Shown here piece after piece: positions 52,860 to 64,000 of a stretch of 64,000 bases of DNA. The position numbers and the translations under genes were made by a program. The stretch is from Paraspadella gotoi (lineage: Eukaryota; Animalia; Chaetognatha). Position 1 is the stretch's first letter. Every line of letters begins with the position of its first letter. The stretch is from assembly GCA_051294375.1 (NCBI GenBank), contig CM119266.1, forward strand, positions 9,060,538 through 9,124,537. Reading direction: 5' to 3'. The notes below the pieces were generated by a model. That model did no database searches. It was given only the letters and a program-made list of their open reading frames with translations, and was not told where the DNA came from.

Positions 52860-55800
52860 TTAAAACCTTTTGGACTCAAAGATAGTTTTGAGGTGTTCAG
52901 CGGCCTTGGCCAACGCGTTCGTTTCCGCCTCTTCAACGGACGATCCTCTCCCGTGAAAAACCACAGAACTATCAAGCCTGCGTTTTCTGTGCCATTGAAA
53001 CGTTTCAATTTCCTTATAATCCGGATTAAAATTCAAAACCAAAATATAAATTTTATCCAGGTTAAAGCTCACAATTTTTACATCCTTATTTGATGCGGTT
53101 TTCTGTACTAATTCTGTTAGCTCAGCGCTAATGCCAGAATCTTTTAGTATATCCCGCGTTAACGGTTTTGTCCAGTTATCAGAAAGCTCTTTAACTTTCT
53201 CAAGATTTTTATAAATAATTTTATTTCTGTTTTCGTTGTAGAAGATTTCTTGGATTTTTCCCGGGTCAGAATTTCTTCGTAATCTACGTTTATCACGAGT
53301 TATAGACTGGGCCTGTGTCATTAACAACGTTTTATCGCCAACCGATTCAAATGAAACTGATAGCAAATTTTCGAGACTCTTTCCGGGGTAATTAAGAGAC
53401 CTCGCTCCATCAAAAATTTGAACACGCGTTTCATCAAACTTGCGAGCGTTGCCGACGGCAGAAGTCATTAGGTCACGCTTATCTTTCCCCGATGTTGCCT
53501 CAACCTTCTTCGCAGACGAGGAAGCTTCCGAGCAAGTTTCGTAATTATCAGAGGAATGCTCTGACTTTCCGCTTCCAAAATCTTTTAAAGAATTAGCAAC
53601 CGGCTCCTCCAGTGAATCCGGCGTTTCCGTCCCTTTCAAATCCCTTTTCCTTTCTTCACTGAGTTCACCGACTTCCGCCATAGGTTCGATTTTCAATCGA
53701 TCGGCGTACTTGCATCGCAAATGCTGCACCATGTTATGGGCCGCCCGATCGTCGGCGTCTCTTTTGCTTTCTCCCGATCCGCTTTTCGTCTGTTCCTCGC
53801 CAACCTCAATGACCGTCGTAAAGAGACGTTTGCTTCCCACAGAATCCTTCTTCCTAGTCGTCACGTACTTGGGCGCCGGCAAATCTAAATCTTCCACCAA
53901 ATCCAAGAGAGTCACTTCGACGCCGACGGTTTCTAGCCGCGATATCGTCTCGGGGATTTCCGTATCGGTTTCCTCTCGTTTCGGCGAAGAACACGAAGAG
54001 GAAAAGGACATCGAAAGTGCAACATCGTGACCTCGCGGCAGCGAATCCTCGGACGACCGACCGACCACCATCCCGATCGGACCCAGCGCCTCGAGCCTTT
54101 TCTCTCTTAGTTTAACCAAGACGTTTCGGGCCGCCTCCTGTTTCGCTCCTTTCTTCGTGTCCGCGAAACCGCGTTCTCGAATCGCCGTTCCTAGGAAGAT
54201 CAACTCTACTTCCATGCCAAACAAAGAGCCTTGACCTTCGATACTGTTGTAAGCCGGGGACGCGCCCGAATTTTTTTCCGCGAATTCTTTTAACTCTCCT
54301 ACATAATTGCTGTTCATGGGCGATAATAAACCGCTTCCGGATAACGACGTACGAGGAGGCGAAACGACGGGCAGTTCTAAGCTACTGTTATCAGCGACGC
54401 TTACGTCGCCCGCGGCCGAAGCGTCGGCGTTGGGCGGTGTCCCGTCATTTTGAGTTCCGGTCATTTTCTGCCAGAGTTTCTTGGCCGCCTCCCGCTTGGC
54501 TTCCTTTTTGTTTTTTCCGGATCCAATCTCCGACAATCCCTCTGATCGAATTGTGACTCGCACGCAGAATCCGATCTCTCCCGAGGCGTCCACGTATTCG
54601 TACTCGGGATTGGACAGGCGACAGCGAACGGCTTTTTCTTGCACCTTTCCTACGTAATTGACGGAGACGTCGGATGACGGCGAAGCCCCGGAGGAAAAAG
54701 AATAGAATGACCCAGAAGAAGACTCGGCATTCAATGCACCACCAACGCTAACGGACGCGCGAGACGAGACGGGCGTCGAAGTCAATGGTCTCTCACTCGG
54801 CGTTTCCATCGCCCGGTCAGCGTCTGGCGAACGACTCGACGCCGGTCTCGATTCACGAAGAAGCGAAAGCATTTCACACGCCGCGGCCTGTTTTGCCTCC
54901 TTTTTATTACGTCCACTGCCTTCCGCCGATAAGTCTGGATTCATTACGCGGACATTACAGAAGAATTGACTGCCTAACTGACGCTCGCTATACATTGGAA
55001 ACGCCCCCCCGCGACTCTGCGACCACTCTTGAAGCTTCCCAACGAAGTTGGCTCCAGATATCGAAGGGGAGAATAAGGCCGACTCCGGAGGTAGAGCAGC
55101 AGCGGCGGCGGCGGGTACAGGGTCTGGTGCAGCAGTAGAGGCATCCTCTTCGTCCGACAACAGTAAACCAAGCGCTCGCATGAGCGACTTGGCCGCTTGT
55201 TGCTTTGCCTCAGCTTTCTTCGTTCCGTATCCCGTCCCCACGTGCGCCTCTCCCTCAACGCCGACGGTGACTACGAACGGACAGGTTCCTTCGCCTTCCT
55301 TCTCGCCATAAACGGGCAACTTCTTCCCTCTCTTTTGAGTCCACTCTTGGAGGACACTGACGTAGTTGCATGCGGTGGATGAGCGCATTGCCATGGGTTT
55401 GGACGCTTCCGTTTTTCCCTGGCAACGGGAAGAAAGATTAAAATGACCAAGGGTAATAAAAGATGCCGCTTAAAACCGACCACCACTAAGGAATAATTTA
55501 CTTATTTTTCTTACCTTCCATTCCGTTTTGAGAAAGCGTATGTAATTTCGGGCGGCATCGGCCTTCGCCGCGTCAAAGTCGCTGCCCTCGCCCAAAGATT
55601 TGTGATCGATTTCTACAGAAATAATTATAAATAATTAGAAATAATCACTAATACTATACATATAATTAAGATTTTGGGTAAAATTACTATTCGACGTCCG
55701 CAACCAACCTTAGCTACCAACGGTCGGTGGTTTGTTAATCCATTTAATTTTGTTTTCCCTCTTGCGTCGATTCCCAGTTTACGCAGTAATGTATACTTTT

Positions 55801-57687
55801 TTGTGCAGTAATACATTTTTTTTAAATTTTATAATTAATAATAATTTTTTTAATTTTATTTCAATTGCTATTTTATGTTTGAGGTAGAAAATGAAACATA
55901 TATTTCGGACATGTTTCGGCTTCAATGTAAGCATTCATCAGTGCAAAAATGAATTGATTTGTGAAACATATTTTTACAGACTCTCTCTTCAAACTTCAAA
56001 GTCTGTAAAAATATTTGTTTCACAAATCAATGCTTTTGCGCTGATTGAAGCCAAAACATGTCCGAACTTTGTTTTTTAATAAGACTCGTTGTACATAAAC
56101 AAAATTCATTTTCCACCTCAAACAAATAATGCAACGAAATGAAAGGAAAAACAATATTTTGATGTAATAATTTTTAAACGGTTAGCAATTGGGTTCAGGG
56201 TGGTTACTGGTTAGGGATTAGGGGTAGTTAGGGTTAGCGGAGGTTTCGAAATAAAAATTATAATGAAAAGTTTTTCTACCCTTTTTTGGCATAATTTCTA
56301 TACATAGCTCATAAAAAGGAAAGGAAAAAAAAAAAACCAAACCGACCGCAAAATCCCGGTAGGCGAATGTAAAAATAAGCCAAGATTTTTCCCCCGCATT
56401 TACAATATACCGGCCGGTACAGCATCATTAATAATTGTCAGGACTTTACCACAGCCGATAAAGATTTTTAAAACTGAACGATTTCGTAAGTCTACCGCAT
56501 GGTTTACTGCATTGAAGGCGAAACGTATCCGAAATTTGTTTTCTTTATAAAACTTAACAAAAATTTATATTACCTCGCAAAAGTGTGTGTTAATGCGAAA
56601 AGTCGACGCTAGAGGGAAAACAAAATATAATGGATTAACAAACGACCAACCATTGGTAGCTAAGGTTGGTTGGGGACGGCGGATAGTTAAGTTACCCGTA
56701 AAGTTTCTGCGTAAATTTTATTTTAATTGATTTACATTAATAACTTGAAATCAATTTTTTGCAACGATGTCAAAATCGTTAAATTGATTGCTCATCGCAC
56801 ATATCTTAAAGATCAAGTGCAATGAAACATTTGTAATTCAGCATCCAAAAACGCCATCACTCTCTAAGAAATTGATAAGGCAGCTTTTATGCAAGCAGAT
56901 TGGCTAAACCAAATCAAAGCATCATGATCTGGGCCAAAGTGATGGTTTATATTAGGCCTATCCGTATGTTCTGACAATTAGTGGTAATTTTTTCCAAGTA
57001 AAATAAAACTGTGGCTAATAGTAAGATATAGTTTCCTTTTAAAAGTTAAGTAGTTTTAATAAAAGTGTCCAATACCACATAACATCATTGATGTCATCAA
57101 CTGCATCAATTTTTTGTTATAAAAAAATCGGGTCAAGCAGAGACTGCGAGCTACTATGCCATAGTAGCGCGGTTGTTCTGAAGTTTCCACAGGTCACCTA
57201 TCAATGTGTTTTTAGTAAATTGTCACTAAACAGGTCTTGCAACAGAAATCAAGGTAATTTTTTTGCTTGAGAGAAAATTCTTTTTAGCAATAACGAGTTC
57301 ATAACAACATGTTCGGAAATCATTTTAAGCACGTTTAAAACCCATTTTAACCAATGTTTTTAACATTTTAAAAACGTCAATGATTTATGTGTTATATGGT
57401 ATGATCAAATTCTCTTCAAAATTTTAGGTCACATATTATAAATTTTTAATTCGTGTCAGTCAGCGGATTTGGCTGACGGGGTAGCTTCTAGTTTAAAAAG
57501 TTGTGTGATAAAATAACATTAAATAAAATTATTATTTTAAAATTTTCATATAAGAGAAACGACCTGTAACGGAAAGGGAGCATCTGAATGCCCCGTCGGT
57601 TGTGGAGGGGAGTTCAAGGTAAGAAGGCGTCGAAAAGCTGGATTTTTCCGTCCATTTCGCAAAACGAATAATTGGGTCCGCATCCAT
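52860..57687 (-). CDS. Multi-dsRBD double-stranded RNA-binding protein (TRBP/PACT/Loquacious-like C-terminus), ~926 aa; exons 57564-57687, 55515-55612, 52860-55418
   Basis: Repeated NYVxxLQE...GxGxxKKxAKxxAA motifs; the two small upstream exons splice in phase and form another dsRBD (DPIIRFAKWTEK...GEGSDFDAAKADAARNYIRFL); C-terminal type-B dsRBD VVFHGRGSSVEEAETNALAKAAEHLK. Confidence 0.88.
55675..56700. mobile_element. ~1-kb non-autonomous element with ~110-bp TIRs containing nested repeats
   Basis: caaccaaccttagctaccaacggtcggtggtttgttaatccatt...ttttccctcttgcgtcga (55700-55770) is the reverse complement of tcgacgctagagggaaaa...aatggattaacaaacgaccaaccattggtagctaaggttggttg (56602-56672). Confidence 0.75.
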
Positions 57688-58896
57688 TATAAATGATTCG
57701 GTCAAATTGGAAATGAAAAGATTTCGAGAATGTGCGAAATCATTCTACAATGAAGACTGAAGATAATATGAATTTTATATCGATTGCGAAATTTCTGGGA
57801 AATGAGTCTTAGTGCCACTTGTTGGATCCTTAGACATAGCACGTCTCTCTCTCTCTCTCAAAACTTTGAGATTCGCAGATAAAACAAGTGATCATCCCAA
57901 TTTAAACGACCAAAAGAAATGTCAGATTTTCATCACTAAAAAAGAAATAGTAAATATAAATATTCTATTTATTATGATCACATAATTGAAAATTTTCACA
58001 TGATCCTTTCATGAGCGTAGCGAAGATAACAGTCGCAACTTAAACGTTACGGAATTTTATTGCTTTTCCCGTTATGGTATGCCTAAATTTAGGCCACTAA
58101 TCTAATCACTATTATCAGTAAAAACATCACCCATGAATTCCACTAAGTAAAATTCTCTTCACTAGGTATTTTTCATAGAAGAAATGTGCAATTAAATAAC
58201 TGAATTATTTTCCATTAGAAACTAGGTCAATTTTTTTCTGTATGAAAAAAGAAATTGATTATTTTCGAAACCATTTTTGTAAACCCCATCACGATCAAAT
58301 TTAACTAAAACATTAATCTTAAAACGTGTATAACATTTACATATGAAAATGACATGCAATTGCAATATCGTGGAAGAGTGAATTACAAGAATTTTTTCAG
58401 AATACAACTTTCTTCAAAACGCGACTTAGTCAAGCAGATATCAATTAGCGGGTGAGACTAAGCAGATATTACTATTCAAACATTGGAATAAATGTATTCC
58501 ATTACCATTTTTTGTCAAGGTTTTGTTACTGTTAGTGTTGCAAAAGCACAATTGTATCATCAAATAGCTTTACTTAATAATAATGTTATTTTGATACAGC
58601 TATTGATCTGATAAATGTAACAATAAGTCTGATAAAGAATATAAAAATTTTATAATGCAAAAAATTGTTTAAGCTTAACAAAAACTAGCTACGCACATTA
58701 ATTTTAAACCACAAAATGTCTGGTAACAATGAAAAAATCATGAATTAATGGGTAAACGGTATGTTTTTGTTTCAAGAATGGCATTAAAATGTTCTTCAAT
58801 TTAAATAAATCCCATATAATAAACCCCATTTTGCTATACTGCTAATAAAATCAACTACATTTGATGCTCAGTTTTTAGGCAATGATCATCAAATAA

Positions 58897-60615
<1,719 letters not shown>

Positions 60616-60719
60616 CTAGGATTTTAATAATTTTCTTTAATCAATTTGATTAAATTGGTCGCATAAACCGTATATTGAAGAGACAGTAATTATTGATAAG
60701 TGTTAATGACAGAACCGTT

Positions 60720-60878
60720 CAATATAAGCAGTCCCTGAGCTTCGGATCAGGCAGTAACACCATGTTACAGGCGGGTTAAGCGCCCCGTCCCTCTTAACTG
60801 CCAGACGACCACCGGGCTAGAACCCTGGACCTTTGGGTTGGGAGGCGAATGACTTGCCTCCGGCACCAATGGCCGCTG
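60720..60878 (-). mobile_element. tRNA-derived SINE-like element
   Basis: Minus strand gcggccattggtgccggaggcaagtcattcgcctcccaacccaaaggtccagggttctagcccgg: box A-like TGGTGCCGGAGG and box B-like GGTTCTAGCCC, then a non-tRNA body; poor cloverleaf. Confidence 0.55.
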
Positions 60879-61930
60879 ATGAACGGTTGGTGGATTTTAG
60901 TCCACCATAATATATTATATAATGTACATTGTACAAACTATCATAAATACTAAAACTGATAGTGTTTCATTGGTGGAAAATACAAATGTTCTTCTACTCT
61001 CTTCAGTCTTCAACATCCATTCACCAAATCAGAAATTAATCCCTCACGAGTAAACCATTTCGAGTTTTGTATCATACATGCATCCAACTCTTTCTTTGCG
61101 ATAAAACCGAAGAGTACGCGAAAAGTTCCGTTCAAAATTCTAAAGTATCAAATGAACGGCAAAAAATATTCTATTTTAGATTTATTCTCAAAAATAAAAA
61201 AATTAGATGCTTTACAAAAAACGATCACTCAAAAATAATAAAAACAAGGTAAGAATTGCTATGAAACTAACCTTTATAATAATTAATATACACACTTTTA
61301 TATTAGATATTTTCGAACATTGCCCGAACTTAATGCTTCAAAATACCACGATTTTACTCGAGTTAGCTTCGATGACTCATCTTCACCGAACTAACTTCAT
61401 TAAGCGAGGGGAAAAAACATTCCGCAATAAAACTTTTTTAAATCGAAGTCTATCCTAATGTTCCCAATAAGAGTTGTGTCTGAATCTAGAAACACTTTCA
61501 GCGGTGCTTCTTCCTCGTTTTCATTGTCGTGTTGGAGAAGCATCACTTCCGTGTGACACTCAATCCAGAGAAGAAGCGAGGACGGCGATTTAGGCTCTCG
61601 ACGAGAAAATTCTCAACCCAAGTCCAGTTTCTCTCCAGCTTCGAAACAAAAAAAAAAAAAGAAAACTAAACAAAGAATAGTAAAAGAAAAAAAAGAATAC
61701 GATTGTTGGTAACTGATAAAAAGGCAATTATTCAAATTGTGACCTTTTCGAAAAGCTCAGAAAATCGACGACGAGAAAATGGCTACACAAAACCATACTA
61801 AATTGAATTAAGAATTTCTCTTTCCCTTAGTCAGAAATACAATCGCCGAAAAGAAAATGTCAATTAAAAAATCGATTTAAAAAATTAAAACCGCCAAAAT
61901 TTCAATGGATATTAATATATTAAAAAACTC

Positions 61931-64000
61931 ATGAATGCCGGAAAAGGGGTAACGATGACTTCAGCTAGCGGGTTTGGCAGACTGGCTTCTAACGACTCGG
62001 AGGAACTAACGAAATTTGATACTGTCGTTTTGGGATACGTCGGTCTAGTGGTCGTAGAAGCTGGCATCATTATGAACATAATCGTGGTGGGAATTCTATC
62101 TTGCACGTTCATCAGAAAATTATACTTGTTCATCGGTGAGTTCAGTTTGCGAATAAAGAGGTAGAAGAAACTAAGCCATGCGTCAAACACCAGACATAAA
62201 TCTGACAATACGTAATCCAAATTACCTTTTTTTCTCAGGTCTTGCTTTGTCAGATATATTTATGCTTGGAGTGTGGGGATCTTATTACTGCGTCCCTTAT
62301 TTACTAAAAGAACTCCCGTTTGACGACGACGAGTGGAATAGATGGATGGAGCCAGCGGCGGATATTTTTCAAACCATATCAATTTACTTTTTAGTTGCCG
62401 TTGCCATCGATGCAAAACTTGGCGTAAAAGGGGTAAGATTAAAAAAATTTTCACTTTCAAAAAGTATACATGGTTTTTAAGCTTTTTTGGAATCGTACTT
62501 TAATTCATATAAATATTAAGGAAAACCAACTTTCATTACGGAAAAAGTTACGAAATGTCATCTTAATACCATGTCTCGCAACGGTTGCAAACTTGCCAAA
62601 AATTATAGTTCGCATCGAAAGGAAATTCCAAGAAAATGCATTGTAAGTTTAATGTACAGAAAAATAATTACCCAACCGGTAATTATTGTCCAATAACATA
62701 CTATCTTTTGCAGATACATTTGGATATATGATTATACTATCAACTATTTGTTAAGATACATTCTACCATTCTTCATACTCGCAGGAGTATCGCTTAGTAT
62801 TACTATTAGATTGCAACCGGGACAAGAGCTACAAGCCTTTTACAAAATGTTAACCACCCAGGGTCTGATTTTAATGAGCCTACTCTGCTATGCACCATTT
62901 ATTGTGAATTACACAATATATGCAGCTAAAATACTCAGTCACGGTGAGACGAGCAACGAAATATATAAAATATAAATTATTAAAAAATTAATAAAACGAG
63001 AGCAAAATTGTCATTTTTCTTGATGACAGGGGAAAAGAGTTGGGAAGAAATATCGTCGGACGTAAGCGTAAGAAAATTCAATACTTGTTGCTACATGCTG
63101 ATCATTTTGTGTTCTTCAACTCGCCTGGTCATCTATCTCACTTTTTTTTCAACTCTTCGCCACTGCAAATGTAGATGCTTTTTTAACAAGGAAAAAAAAC
63201 TGGAACGCAGCAGTTCAACAAAGGTTTCCCCATTAACTTCTCTTGAATCCGGATCAAGACAAAAACACCTTTTCGATACAGGTATGATTAATGTATGTTG
63301 TAGGAAATGCAAAAACTTAAACGCATCAACAATTAAACATCACTACGACAGCACAAATATATATAAATTCACTAAATTCTTATTTAACATAAAGGATATC
63401 TCTTAAATTAAAATAAGCCTTTTCATTATCGTCCAACACAATTGCGGTTTCTCATAAAAACAAAAACAGTAATTCCAATGTGTTAGGCCGCAGTGACTTT
63501 ATTTTCACGTGTATTTCCTTTTGATCACATGATATGACATGATATGACTAAAAAACCTTTTTGCCGGTGTATTTGACATTCCGTCTTTTATTCTTTATAG
63601 TTTTAGGAATTCCTGAAGGCGTCGCAAGCAGTCTCCTGGATTTAAGGTTTTTTGTCTTAACTATAAGCAAATTATATGCATTTGTAACGTAAGTAGGACA
63701 GACCGACGGACAGACATACCCACCGACCGACAAGTGACTTATATAGTTGCTCCGCAAGTACTCGCGGCGCAACTAAAAAGCGAGGGTCCAGTTTAACTAC
63801 GTGCACTGTAGAATTTAACGGACATATCCTTGATCCTGCTTATTCCGTCAGCAGGTTCCTAACGGAAGAAAATTATGACAAGTGGCTCACAGCTTTTTTC
63901 CTGATATTTAACTTTAGATGGTGGATTTTCCTCTTACTCAAGTTGTCAAACCGTTAATGCCAAAGAAAGCTGCCGAAATTATCAAAATTCGCTAGATTCC
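61931..64000 (+). CDS. Class A GPCR, FMRFamide/peptide-receptor-like, multi-exon, runs off the window end
   Basis: TM1 GIIMNIIVVGIL; TM2 LYLFIGLALSDIF; TM3 FQTISIYFLVAVAID; TM4 VANLPK; TM5 RYILPFFILAGVS; TM6 SLLCYAPFIV; TM7 CSSTRLVIY; GT-AG exon boundaries. Confidence 0.8.
63690..63780 (+). mobile_element. Helentron/HINE-like element end
   Basis: gacagaccgacggacagac microsatellite, then gttgctccgcaagtactcgcggcgcaactaaaaa hairpin. The upstream 63480-63545 matches the reverse complement of 14820-14880, suggesting the same element family. Confidence 0.55.

Noticed and set aside
60795-60878. Functional tRNA gene
   Set aside because: A/B boxes are degenerate and the acceptor and D stems do not pair; treated as a SINE head

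Overview
Eukaryotic (invertebrate animal) genomic DNA from a draft assembly, with spliceosomal introns, N gaps, locally indel-rich sequence and many (GA)n/(GAC)n microsatellites. The left half is gene-poor. Its highlight is a 5-exon, ~745-aa RAG1-like/Transib transposase gene (8129-12335, +). It has an intact DDE triad, zinc ligands, a GRP nonamer-binding-like domain and a RAG1L-type Cys/His C-terminal tail. I found no TIRs or RAG2-like partner, so it is a candidate domesticated RAG1 relative. The right half holds a Cys-rich GPI-anchor-type gene and then seven consecutive minus-strand genes: aralar/SLC25A12-13, a ~7-dsRBD protein, an ST6Gal-like sialyltransferase, a beta-helix/MYND protein, a short divergent TFIIA-large paralog, a zf-CW+PWWP (ZCWPW-like) protein and par-6. 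Most of these genes are very tightly spaced with splice-acceptor-like sites before the start codons, which suggests an SL-trans-spliced operon. A peptide-GPCR-like gene appears nested antisense in an aralar intron. MITEs, Helentron/HINE-like ends, a tRNA-derived SINE, minisatellites and palindromes are scattered through the window. Gene models were built by hand; family assignments rest on recalled motifs, not database searches.
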